Virus record (IMG/VR): IMGVR_UViG_3300005323_000038
Length of the DNA stretch: 53,851 nt
Source: an uncultured virus (IMG/VR IMGVR_UViG_3300005323_000038)
Lineage: Duplodnaviria; Heunggongvirae; Uroviricota; Caudoviricetes
Direction: 5' to 3' (one strand)
Each line of letters starts with the position of its first letter. Position 1 is the stretch's first letter. A program made the translations under genes and the position numbers. The notes under the pieces were generated by a model that did no database searches, was not told where the DNA came from, and saw nothing but the letters and a program-made list of their open reading frames with translations. Positions 9,834 through 19,234 of this stretch are shown here, in pieces.

Positions 9834-11693
9834 TTATCTGCGTATTGCCACGCCATATGACTCCTCTTCTTGCTCTTTTATAACATTCCTCAAAACCTGT
9901 ATATAAAGTTGAACCATTGCGTTCATATAGACATATGCGCTGTATCTATCCTTCTGCCCTGTCTTAACGAAGTACGAAAGGAAATTACCTGCCCTCTGTA
10001 TCTCTACTGAGGCAATTTGCTTCTTCATTATATGAATGGCCTTATACATTGCCGATACCTCTGCTTTAACTTCAGTTCCATTAAAATATTCTTTTGGTAA
10101 AGTATCTTCATCAAAGAGGTATTTCCCATCAGTTGTAAAAGGAATTATCATGTTGTGAAGTTCCAATTGGTTCTTTGCAAACTTATTCCAATATGTATTC
10201 CTTTCTGCCGTTGGAACTAACATTCTAACAATAGAGCGATACAAGTCGCTTCCATTTTCTATCAGAGGAAGATTGTCTGGATCGTCAGGGTCAATAAGAA
10301 ATGGTTTTGAAACAGGAATAAATCTTCTATCTCTTAAGTTATCCCTGATTGCCGTGCCACCGCCACCTTGATCCATTCCAATGAGAATTGTATTCGGAAA
10401 ACATTTATCCAACATCAATATCTTCTCTGTCATCTCTCCAAAAGACATATTCCTATCACCAGAACAATAAACAAGTTGATTATAAGTTTCTCCAAGCTCT
10501 CCAATTACAACAGAGAACTCTGCATTGTTGGCTGAACGTGCAGGGTCAATTCCCCAAACACACATTTTATCAGAACGAAATCTTGGAACGGCTCTTACAT
10601 CAGTTCCGCTTCTATCCTTATATGCATTATGAAGAAGCTCCATACTGAATTCTCTTCCTGATGAAGAGATAATTTTATTTTTGTATTCGGCTTTCCATGT
10701 ATCAATATCAAAATCTGCATTATCAAAATCAGATAAGATTACATTGATATCCATTTTAATATATTGCCTATCTATTCTTGGAGTATTCCATCCTGGCCTC
10801 GAAGTATCTCTCCATAATCCTTTCTCTCCAACGTATGTGTCTTCAAAATCATACATTGCAAAGAAGTTCCTGTTAAATCCATTCTCAGTTAATTCAGCTA
10901 TCTTTTCTTTTTTAAGCCAATCGTTCACATATTGAACTATTTCACCCATAACTCTTTTTGACCAATGCCAGAAAGCAGTCCAATCATAATTTATCGTTCC
11001 TGAGTCAAGAAAGAAATTTTCTTTTGTTGCCATATCTTTTAATTTAGGACAAATCAATTCTGCTCTTGTTTTATTTCCAAAGACTCCCATAGGATCATAA
11101 GGGACTGCCATAAATGGTTTAAAGATTGCGCTCATTATTTCTGCTGGTACATCGTTTCCTTCACCGACTGTTAAAGTATTAGCGCGAAAACCTCTATTAT
11201 CACCATTTATAGCTAATCCCTTAATTGTTGATTGTCCTATATTTATATCCCAATCAGAATTAGATGACTTTATTACAATCTTATCATGCCGTGGCAAACA
11301 TTTCTTTGCATATTCTTTTCTTTCCTGTCCAACAAGAGAGCCTTTAATTATCTGTTCAGAATATTGCATTACTTGTTTGGTCTGCTTAAATGAACCCCCG
11401 GCTACAGACTGAATCCTATATGAATGATAAAGCATTGTCCTTGAAACATGAATTATTGCTTCCATTGTGGTCTTTGCCATACCGCGAGAAAGTATCATTC
11501 CAGCATTAGGATGAGTCCATACACCACGAATACAAAGCCTCTGGTGACAGGCCAACCTTATTCCAAGCATTTCCCTGACAAAATAAACAATGCCCTCTCT
11601 GCGCCTAAACCACCATATCGCTTTAAGGTATTTTTTTCTTGTTTCCCAGTCTACTTTTACATTCTTATTTCTATAGAAAGATAATAACGCCAT
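9834..11693 (-). CDS. Terminase large subunit
   Basis: Walker A SRGMAKT; RGFRAN before a variant Walker B (LTVGE); RNase H-like nuclease motifs WGIDPARS, IGMDQGGGG, KDRYSA. Confidence 0.88.
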   Translation of the reverse strand: MALLSFYRNKNVKVDWETRKKYLKAIWWFRRREGIVYFVREMLGIRLACHQRLCIRGVWTHPNAGMILSRGMAKTTMEAIIHVSRTMLYHSYRIQSVAGGSFKQTKQVMQYSEQIIKGSLVGQERKEYAKKCLPRHDKIVIKSSNSDWDINIGQSTIKGLAINGDNRGFRANTLTVGEGNDVPAEIMSAIFKPFMAVPYDPMGVFGNKTRAELICPKLKDMATKENFFLDSGTINYDWTAFWHWSKRVMGEIVQYVNDWLKKEKIAELTENGFNRNFFAMYDFEDTYVGEKGLWRDTSRPGWNTPRIDRQYIKMDINVILSDFDNADFDIDTWKAEYKNKIISSSGREFSMELLHNAYKDRSGTDVRAVPRFRSDKMCVWGIDPARSANNAEFSVVIGELGETYNQLVYCSGDRNMSFGEMTEKILMLDKCFPNTILIGMDQGGGGTAIRDNLRDRRFIPVSKPFLIDPDDPDNLPLIENGSDLYRSIVRMLVPTAERNTYWNKFAKNQLELHNMIIPFTTDGKYLFDEDTLPKEYFNGTEVKAEVSAMYKAIHIMKKQIASVEIQRAGNFLSYFVKTGQKDRYSAYVYMNAMVQLYIQVLRNVIKEQEEESYGVAIRR

Positions 11694-11699
11694 AATTCA

Positions 11700-12050
11700 C
11701 TATCCAAATATTAATTTCTTTTCTTTCCTGTCATCAATATAAAGTCTAAGCTTCTCCGGTGTCAATTCAATAATAGAATAATAGAAATTTGATCTTTTGA
11801 ATAATTCCTCTATTTCTATTCTTGTTTTAGATGCTATAATTATATCATGAATCGGAAGACAATGACAGTATTCCAAGAACCTTGCCTTACGTTCATCATC
11901 ACAATATGATCTTCCTTTATCTATTATCTGAGATATATTTTCTTTATTTAAATAGTCTTTTATAAAATCACACGTCATATTAAAAGTTATTACAAGTCTT
12001 CTTCTCATCTCAAAATCAACGGAGAAAATCAAATATTTATCATCAATCAT
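11700..12050 (-). CDS. Hypothetical protein
   Basis: Co-oriented, translationally coupled ORF. Confidence 0.55.
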   Translation of the reverse strand: MIDDKYLIFSVDFEMRRRLVITFNMTCDFIKDYLNKENISQIIDKGRSYCDDERKARFLEYCHCLPIHDIIIASKTRIEIEELFKRSNFYYSIIELTPEKLRLYIDDRKEKKLIFG

Positions 12051-12382
12051 TGCACACTTCCCTCGCTCTTCCCTTGGTATTCCTTAAATTTATCAATATC
12101 CAAAGAACAGATAAACCACAATATATTTCCTAAATCCTCAACCGTTCTGTCAACAAAATCCTGGTGGCAATTTACCTTTTCTAATATTTCCAAAATTCCA
12201 CAATTAAAGAAATCCTGGACAAAAGAAACTTTATCATCAAGATTAAATTTACTTCTTGTCAATATCATTTCTGATCTAAGCTCTTCTCTATCTGCATTAT
12301 TGTATGTGAAGTTAAAAGATAAATCAAACAACTCATTAATTCTTGATTCAATATATCCTTTATTCAATAAGTTATCTATCAT
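12047..12382 (-). CDS. Hypothetical protein
   Basis: Co-oriented, tightly packed ORF. Confidence 0.55.
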   Translation of the reverse strand: MIDNLLNKGYIESRINELFDLSFNFTYNNADREELRSEMILTRSKFNLDDKVSFVQDFFNCGILEILEKVNCHQDFVDRTVEDLGNILWFICSLDIDKFKEYQGKSEGSVQ

Positions 12383-12385
12383 CTT

Positions 12386-12634
12386 TCAACAACCCTTCTT
12401 TTTTAAGTATTTCGATATATTTTCTGCTTCAAATCTATCTGATTCTTTTTCCTGTTCGGATAACATTTCATATGGGAGATTCATTTTAACGATCCACTTT
12501 TCAACAGAAGAAGAATTTATTACAAAGCCTCTATCAAAATCCATAAAGCCCTGATCAAATAAATGCTTCATCCATCTTGACCAACTTTTATGAGATTGTT
12601 CGGCAAACTTCTCTATAAGTTTATCCTCGCACAT
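12386..12634 (-). CDS. Small RyR-repeat-like domain protein
   Basis: AEQSHKSW...LPYEMLSEQEKESDR matches the A..H..W / PY..L.E.EK..DR signature of RyR domains. Confidence 0.6.
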   Translation of the reverse strand: MCEDKLIEKFAEQSHKSWSRWMKHLFDQGFMDFDRGFVINSSSVEKWIVKMNLPYEMLSEQEKESDRFEAENISKYLKKKGC

Positions 12635-13662
12635 TTATCATTCAACTCCTTTATTAAATGTTTATATTTATTAAAGAAATTCTTTATCTCCTCAACGGAG
12701 AAATATCCATTTTGAGAAAATCGTTCTATCAATAAAGCCTTCCCGGTTTCTTCATCGATTCCCATTTCTCCCCGATCGTATTTATCCAAACACATTTCCA
12801 TTTCTTCAAGAAGGAATAACAAGGATAAATCCTCTCCGCTTTTCCGATTAAGCATATCGTATGTTTCAGCAGCATCAGCAAAAGTATCTTTCGCACTTTC
12901 TTCTGCATCTTTCCTTTTCCCTCTGGAAATTCCAAGAACATCAAATGCTTTATAAAGCCTGTCTAAAACCTCTGTCTTTGCCCCTGCAATGAACTTATTA
13001 TCATTTGCTTCCAAATATACGTTAAATCTTCTGACAACCAATTCATCATTAAGGATCTGCTCAAGAACCGTAGCATCAGAAGAATCATTAAGGTTGAAAT
13101 CCCTCATATAGATTTCTTTTCTTTTCTTTAAGAAGTCATCTTCTTCTTTTGTCTTCTTATCAGTTCTTTTGAGAGTCTTAATGGCTTCAGCGTCAGGAGT
13201 TCCCATTTCAGCAAATTGTTTTGCCAACTTATTCTTTGCAAATTCAATTGTCCGATCACTTGGATTCTTTGCTTCTTTTAAAGCAAGTCTTCCTACCATT
13301 CCTGGCCCATTAGAGATGGCCTTGAGAGTGTTATGATAATCTTCCTGTTTATCGTTCTTGTTATATCCTATTTTCTTTTTAACATATCCAAAGAAAGCCG
13401 GTTCACTATGTCCGAACTTTGAAAAGCAATCAATTAAAGTATCTCTGACCATAACCCACAAAGGAATATCTTCACATTGAACTTGTTTAATATTTCGATA
13501 CCATGTGCATACATCCTTAAAAGTATCTGCAAAATTAAAAGCACAATTTGGAGGAAACTTTGCTCTTGCAATAAAATCATCTATATTTAAATAGGGTTTC
13601 TCTGATATTTCTTTTGATGCTTTTTCTTGAGCCTTCTTCAAGCGATCATCTAACACTCCCAT
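12613..13662 (-). CDS. Hypothetical protein, candidate terminase small subunit
   Basis: AGGAGG RBS; upstream of TerL; helical segment ending LGISRGKRKD resembles TerS oligomerisation helices (weak). Confidence 0.45.
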   Translation of the reverse strand: MGVLDDRLKKAQEKASKEISEKPYLNIDDFIARAKFPPNCAFNFADTFKDVCTWYRNIKQVQCEDIPLWVMVRDTLIDCFSKFGHSEPAFFGYVKKKIGYNKNDKQEDYHNTLKAISNGPGMVGRLALKEAKNPSDRTIEFAKNKLAKQFAEMGTPDAEAIKTLKRTDKKTKEEDDFLKKRKEIYMRDFNLNDSSDATVLEQILNDELVVRRFNVYLEANDNKFIAGAKTEVLDRLYKAFDVLGISRGKRKDAEESAKDTFADAAETYDMLNRKSGEDLSLLFLLEEMEMCLDKYDRGEMGIDEETGKALLIERFSQNGYFSVEEIKNFFNKYKHLIKELNDKCARINL

Positions 13663-13674
13663 GATGGCCTCCTG

Positions 13675-14190
13675 CTATTTTTGTTTGTTAAGTATTTGTG
13701 CTTCTTTATCTTTTTTTAACTGAACTCTTGATTCAATAAATTTTTGTTTTCTCTCTAATCTTTCTTCAGGGGTAATCCCTTTTGCTTCCCATTTCAAATC
13801 AACATTAATCTTATCCATGTGAGTTTGTATTTTTGCCCTGTAGTTAAACCTTAAAACTCTTTTAGGAAAGGAAATGCTGTCGAAGCCCCATGCTCTTGAT
13901 TTTCTTCCGCCTGGTTTATGATAAACCCATGCAATGCCAAGGCTTCCCATCTCAACACTAAATCCTGCTTTAATTCTTTCAGCAACTTTATCCTGATAGC
14001 ACTTTATTATCTTGCTTATTATACTTACATCAACATCAAGGACTTCATTAGAGATCTCCTTATATATAGAAGATATTTCACTCTTAAAGTAATCCACATT
14101 GTTATCAAGTTTTGTTGGTCTTGTCTTATGACCTTTAAATATTATTCTTCCATTATCATCCCTTGGAAGTTCTTTTCTTGTGTACCCCAT
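13675..14190 (-). CDS. Divergent HU/IHF-like DNA-binding protein
   Basis: IKAGFSVEMGSLGI...RVLRF follows the HU/IHF G..V.l..fG.f...p.F pattern, with N- and C-terminal extensions. Confidence 0.55.
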   Translation of the reverse strand: MGYTRKELPRDDNGRIIFKGHKTRPTKLDNNVDYFKSEISSIYKEISNEVLDVDVSIISKIIKCYQDKVAERIKAGFSVEMGSLGIAWVYHKPGGRKSRAWGFDSISFPKRVLRFNYRAKIQTHMDKINVDLKWEAKGITPEERLERKQKFIESRVQLKKDKEAQILNKQK

Positions 14191-14241
14191 ACTTCACCGT
14201 CTCCTTTTTAATGTTTGGTCAAAAATACATACTAACACATG

Positions 14242-15758
14242 TTTATATATATTACAACCAATAAATTTTATTATATTTCCAAAGTAAATTACATTTTTTA
14301 GCATTTATTTTTTTACAATGCTTTGTTTTTGATTGAAAATTTAAGGCATTTAATTCTGGATATAATGCCGTCACATAACCAACGTGCTTTTCCCCATTTT
14401 TAAATGTATAAGAAACCAAATCTCTATGTTTTATTCCTAATACATTATCATTTTTTGCCTTACTTTGTCTTCTTATAGGTTTAATTATCCAATCTTTTAT
14501 GTTGCAATCATTACCGTCTACAGATAAATCAGTTATAACCATCGCGTCATTAGAATGAGATTTGTCAATATTTAAATCTACTCTTTTATTTGCCGTATCT
14601 CCACCAGTCGTTAGTATAAGAGTGCTTAGTTTTCTTAATTCTTGCCTTAAATATGCTTTCCCTTGCATTACATGTTGAGCATAATCAAATCTTATGTTTT
14701 TCCCATTAATCATTTTTTGATACTTATCAACAAACTTCTCTTCATATCCTTCTGTTTTATCGTGACAATTTCTGCATAAAGTTATGAGATTTTTTATGTC
14801 ATTAGAACCTTTTAATCTACGGGGAACAATATGATGCACCTCTAATATACAATTTGATTTTCCGCACTCCATGCATTTAGCTTTGTCGCGTATTATGGCT
14901 GCTTTTCTTATATTTTCATCTAATCTATTAGATTTTTGATATTGCCATCTATAAAGTCTCTTTCCGTCTTGCAACGCCCTTATATCTATAGCAACATCCT
15001 CTAAGTGATATTCTGTTATATTAACATATTTATTTAATCTGTTAACGACTCTTAATATGGAATCTTTTTTCTGTTTAATACTTGGAGCAATTCGTTCTTT
15101 GCGTTTTGAAGACGCCCTATTGTTAAATCTTTGTGGACGATATCTTTTATGATTTCGATGATATCTACGATATCCACGGCGAGCAGTCATAAGATGATTA
15201 ACATCTTGTCTAAGTTCTATTACTCCTTTAAAAATAACCTTATTCCTTCTTTTACATTTTTGAACAATGGCGATTCCAACATGTTTAGACCCATCATCAA
15301 TTCCTACAATGAACTCTGAGGCGTCTTTTGAAGTATCATCAACATCTTTATTTAATTGGATAACCATAGGATATTTAGAAATTAATATGGCCCTATTTTT
15401 TCTGATTAAATACCATGCCTTACCTACTTTTGTCGGACTAAGTTTTTTACCTTTTATATCTTGTACATAACAGTATTCGATCATTTCTGATCAACCTCCT
15501 TACGGGAATTTTCCTTCTTGCCAATGACAGTAGATAGCGTATATATTTTTGGTGTTTGACCACAGGACATTAGTAGTCGGTCATCCTCAATATTCATAGA
15601 GCTTCAGACTGATGGATACATCCGAAGGTATGTCTTAAACTATTTCTACAATCGTAGTTCATCATGCAATTTAGTTTTCACTATATTGCATTCACTTAGA
15701 CTTGAGACCCCATCAATAGTCTATATATAAAGGATAAATGTCCACCTTTATATATATT
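14242..15758 (-). mobile_element. Non-autonomous IscB-omegaRNA element (no tnpA)
   Basis: iscB plus omegaRNA, bounded by TTTATATATATT at 14242-14253 and 15747-15758. Confidence 0.65.
14252..15484 (-). CDS. iscB: IscB RNA-guided endonuclease (RRXRR/HNH, IS200/IS605 OMEGA family)
   Basis: PLMP-like N-terminus (GKKLSPT); Ruv[10 protein letters not shown]; Arg-rich bridge helix; RuvC-II HLED; HNH (CMECG...HHIVP...[10 protein letters not shown]); RuvC-III SHSNDA. Confidence 0.9.
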   Translation of the reverse strand: MIEYCYVQDIKGKKLSPTKVGKAWYLIRKNRAILISKYPMVIQLNKDVDDTSKDASEFIVGIDDGSKHVGIAIVQKCKRRNKVIFKGVIELRQDVNHLMTARRGYRRYHRNHKRYRPQRFNNRASSKRKERIAPSIKQKKDSILRVVNRLNKYVNITEYHLEDVAIDIRALQDGKRLYRWQYQKSNRLDENIRKAAIIRDKAKCMECGKSNCILEVHHIVPRRLKGSNDIKNLITLCRNCHDKTEGYEEKFVDKYQKMINGKNIRFDYAQHVMQGKAYLRQELRKLSTLILTTGGDTANKRVDLNIDKSHSNDAMVITDLSVDGNDCNIKDWIIKPIRRQSKAKNDNVLGIKHRDLVSYTFKNGEKHVGYVTALYPELNALNFQSKTKHCKKINAKKCNLLWKYNKIYWL

Positions 15759-15760
15759 TA
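15490..15760 (-). ncRNA. IscB omegaRNA (HEARO-like)
   Basis: ~270 nt non-coding leader 5' of iscB containing GAACTACG, ACCTTCGGATG and CATTGGCAAGAAGG blocks typical of IscB omegaRNAs; terminal hairpin TATATAAAGG...CCTTTATATA (15724-15754). Confidence 0.75.
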
Positions 15761-15789
15761 CCTATGTTTTTAAATTATTGATTAGTCCT

Positions 15790-16143
15790 TCACTTTCCAC
15801 AATATATAATTGGAAACCAATTTGATTTTACTAATTTCCGATAGACTTTCCCATTAATTAATCCTAACACCATTTTCTTCGTAGCCTGATACATTTCTTT
15901 CCCTGACATCTTTCCACTACAAGTTTGATATGAAATTATTCCAAGGTTCCCCCGCCTTTTAGAAGAAAAGAACACATAAACGGCTTCCTTTATATTCTTC
16001 TTCTTTATATGATATGTGTCATATATTGCAAGAGTTCTTGCCAACAAGATACGATCATCTATCTCCTTCTTGGTGAGAATCTCCCTTAACGGAATAAACC
16101 TTCTACTTCTATCAAATATGTTTTTCATTTCATTTTTTATCAT
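15790..16143 (-). CDS. Hypothetical protein, first gene of the leftward arm
   Basis: ORF downstream of the 16220 promoter. Confidence 0.55.
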   Translation of the reverse strand: MIKNEMKNIFDRSRRFIPLREILTKKEIDDRILLARTLAIYDTYHIKKKNIKEAVYVFFSSKRRGNLGIISYQTCSGKMSGKEMYQATKKMVLGLINGKVYRKLVKSNWFPIIYCGK

Positions 16144-16191
16144 CTACTACATCTCTGCTTAATTTTTATACAGCAACTCATCGACCTTCAA

Positions 16192-16220
16192 ATAATACAA
16201 TATTATAAAAAATATGTCAA
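16192..16220 (-). promoter_or_regulatory. sigma70-type leftward promoter
   Basis: Minus strand TTGACA, 17 bp, TATTAT. Confidence 0.55.
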
Positions 16221-16327
16221 GACCTCCAAGAATTAATTTTATCATTTGCTATAAGTTACATTTATTTATAAAATCTTATTCACATATTATGTAGTTCACA
16301 ATTTCATTCATTTAGAAATAAGAAACG

Positions 16328-16571
16328 TTTTTTCGGTCGAGAAGAATACAGAATTAATAAAGGTTTTATCATTTTTCGGTCGAACCTTTGGAATAATAAA
16401 TTGTCGTTTTCCGGTCAGGAATACTTCTTTCTTTTTCTTATTTCCGGTCGAAGACATTCCCATTTTCCGGTCAGAGAATTTAGAGACTGTTTTTATTTTT
16501 CGGTCGAGAAAAGATTATTTACGGCAAGGTGATACTTCAAGACTGCGAACGATTTTGCGTTTTTCGGTCGA
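16328..16571 (+). repeat. Seven direct repeats TTT(T/C)CGGTC(G/A), iteron- or pac-like
   Basis: CGGTC cores at 16334, 16377, 16412, 16445, 16468, 16501 and 16565. Confidence 0.8.
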
Positions 16572-16883
16572 GGGCGATGAGTGCAGTGCGGTATATCTTA
16601 TAACCTTATATGCCGGGTTGGGCAATCGAACTTTTATATAGCATTTTTAACAAGGTAAAAGTGAGTAACTCTGAGTGAGGAAAATTCCACATTCCGAACG
16701 AAAGAGCGGCCTGAAAAAGTACGAGCAAATACAATAAGGGAAATATTATTGCGAGCATCGATAAAAACTGTGGCCGGAGGTGTGGCGATTCTGTCGTTTT
16801 TTCTTTTAGGTTTCTTTACCGTAAAACGGTAGAATCGTTGTGAATGGCGGAGGCTTGCAGACAAAAAATATTTAATTATATTG

Positions 16884-16912
16884 TTGACAGATTATTTTAG
16901 ATATAGTATAAT
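16884..16912 (+). promoter_or_regulatory. Consensus sigma70 promoter
   Basis: TTGACA, 17 bp, TATAAT. Confidence 0.8.
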
Positions 16913-16953
16913 TAAATAGAGTAGAGTTCAGATGGAAAAGGAGTTAGAGATAG

Positions 16954-18063
16954 ATGATAAAGAGTGCAGAATACAAAACAGAAGTAATGGACTGGAGAAT
17001 CAAGGAAGAAGAAAGAATCCAGTCATCTATAGATATCCTTACAGATATGATAAATGACGAATGGAACCTTACAAAAAAAGAAGCATTTCCGTTTCTTGCT
17101 CATTTTGTAGAATGCCGTTCGACTTCAAGAGTCTTCTCGAACCTTATCGCTTTGCTCCACAGAATGAAAGACTCCGTAAAACATCCTGAACTTACCGATA
17201 AGAATACAGGACTTTCCTTTGCAATGCTTTCCCATTCCGAAGTCAGTAAATATACCGGAGGCCGTAAATCGAAAGCCGGCACACTTCTGTACTTCCTTTT
17301 ACTTGCTGGCTTTATTACAAGAACAAAGGCCGAGGATGTTAAATCTCAAGAATTCAGAGACAGAATGAAATCCTTTACCTCTGAGAAGAAACAACAGAAA
17401 ATGGAGAAAGAAGCAAAGTCCTTCGACATTAAAGAAACCTCACTGCTTTGTGTTCCTTCCTACGATTATACCCTTCTTTCATTTATAGAATCAAGATTAC
17501 AAACACTTGATAAACTTCATGCAAGAAGATCAGGCTTAACATACGTCTATATCTATACTGTCTTTGGACAAGATGTTGCTGACTCCATATTTCCTTTCAA
17601 CCAAGGACTTTCAGATAAAATGAGAAATGACGTTAGACAGATAGATGAAATGAAAGCCTTTGTCCTTGGAAAGATCAAAGTATATGGAATCTTCCGCTTA
17701 CAGATGTTTAAAGCATTTAAACAGATTGGAAGAAATGGCAAAGAAATTAAGAGAGGATTTAATTACTCACATTGGAAACTTGTCCAGGCGATGTTGATAT
17801 CCGAAGGCAGATTTGTTTACGAAAGAGCTGGACAAGCCTTGATAGAATCCGCTATTTCAGATAAAGACGAATATTCCAAAGATATTACAAAGAAATGCCT
17901 TACAAAAGAAAACGGTAGAATGAAATGTCCTTGCATTCTCGTTGACCATTGGAAATACATGGAATACAAATTCCAAAACAACAAACCTGTTCCTTTACGT
18001 CACAAAAAAGATATGGATAAATATACTACGGAGAAGCACACCTCCTATCAGTATGGCTTCTAA
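16954..18063 (+). CDS. Orphan 369-aa basic protein (possible DNA-binding or initiator protein)
   Basis: AAGGAG RBS, perfect promoter, stand-alone between two repeat-containing non-coding regions; function not recognised. Confidence 0.7.
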   Translation: MIKSAEYKTEVMDWRIKEEERIQSSIDILTDMINDEWNLTKKEAFPFLAHFVECRSTSRVFSNLIALLHRMKDSVKHPELTDKNTGLSFAMLSHSEVSKYTGGRKSKAGTLLYFLLLAGFITRTKAEDVKSQEFRDRMKSFTSEKKQQKMEKEAKSFDIKETSLLCVPSYDYTLLSFIESRLQTLDKLHARRSGLTYVYIYTVFGQDVADSIFPFNQGLSDKMRNDVRQIDEMKAFVLGKIKVYGIFRLQMFKAFKQIGRNGKEIKRGFNYSHWKLVQAMLISEGRFVYERAGQALIESAISDKDEYSKDITKKCLTKENGRMKCPCILVDHWKYMEYKFQNNKPVPLRHKKDMDKYTTEKHTSYQYGF

Positions 18064-18439
18064 CATTTAATTCGTTATTTTTATTTATCATTTTTTTATT
18101 ATACATTTAATATTATATTTTTTATTTCATTTTTATTCATTTATACAACTTCATACATTTTATAATGCGTTTCGGGTTTCACATCAATCAAGGGCTTCTC
18201 TCCTTTGAACTTTCTCCTGTGAAATCCGATTCGCTATTTCGTTGTGCTTAATTTTTATACAATTATATATTAAATAATCTTTTGTAAAATAATATATTAT
18301 ATCTACATTTAGGGTTGGTGGGATTTTTGACCTCGACCTTTGGAGAAAACATAAGTCAAAATCGCCTATTAGGCAGATACCCCCTATGCTTCAATGGTTA
18401 CATATAGTTACAAATTTTATTTAATATAGATATTTTTGT

Positions 18440-18541
18440 GCTCGTGAATTTGAACCGTCAAGCAATCTTTTCACTCAAATACTGGTAGCTCGTGAATTTA
18501 GCTTGATTTGAACGAGTGTCTAAATATGAGTGGCTCGTGAA
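18440..18541 (+). repeat. Three GCTCGTGAA direct repeats
   Basis: At 18440, 18488 and 18533; the first two extend to GCTCGTGAATTT. Confidence 0.65.
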
Positions 18542-18952
18542 AATAAGCAGTCTATCCCCCTCACTCTCGGTTCTCTCTCTCCTATTCCCAATATCCCCCT
18601 GTATGCGATTTCCCCAAAGCCCTACAGAATTGCCGAATTTGCCCAAATGAATTCAAATTCACCTGTAAAATCAATATTAATTTTCACTAATATAGCAAAA
18701 TTATTTTTTTCGTAAAAGTAGCGTGGTTATTAGTGCTTTCGGCGAAAAAAAGAATTATTTTAATTATTTTTTAAAAAGTATTGATTTTTAGTTTTTGTGA
18801 GTTATGGTTATAAGTGTGGCGGGGGTCAATGGGTCGGGGGGTCGGGTGGGTGTTTAAAAATTAAACATTAAATTTTAAAAATCAAAAAAATCACTGCTTA
18901 AAAAATAAACACTTCGCAGCGACAAAAAAATAAAAAATAAGGCGGTATTAAA

Positions 18953-19132
18953 ATGAATATTACTCAAAAAAACAAGTCAAAGTACGGTGAAAAAATCTAT
19001 AACCTTGTCGGACATAATTCATTTAGAATATTAAAATTAGAGGATTTTAAGGACGAAGTAAAAATAATCTATATATTAACAGGTACGCAAGACGACAAAA
19101 AACAAGTTTATCGTGAATATGTAAAAAAATAA
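18953..19132 (+). CDS. Small hypothetical protein, 59 aa (MNITQKNKSKYG...)
   Basis: Manually found below the track cutoff; AAGGCGG RBS; followed by a hairpin. Confidence 0.6.
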   Translation: MNITQKNKSKYGEKIYNLVGHNSFRILKLEDFKDEVKIIYILTGTQDDKKQVYREYVKK

Positions 19133-19142
19133 TCCACAGTAA

Positions 19143-19169
19143 ATCGGCGGTTGAAAAATTACCGCCGAT
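19143..19169. terminator. GC-rich hairpin (terminator-like; the flanking A-run fits the minus-strand orientation poorly or bidirectionally)
   Basis: ATCGGCGGT...ACCGCCGAT. Confidence 0.45.
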
Positions 19170-19234
19170 AAATAAAAAAAAATCAAGTGAATAATAAAGA
19201 ATGAAACTTCACTTGATTAAAAGGAAAGATTATT

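Noticed and set aside
16328..16571. CRISPR array
   Set aside because: Repeats are only ~10 bp with irregular 23-64 bp periods, and there is no cas operon
16634..16864. 76-aa minus-strand ORF
   Set aside because: No RBS, non-ATG start, lies in the divergent promoter region
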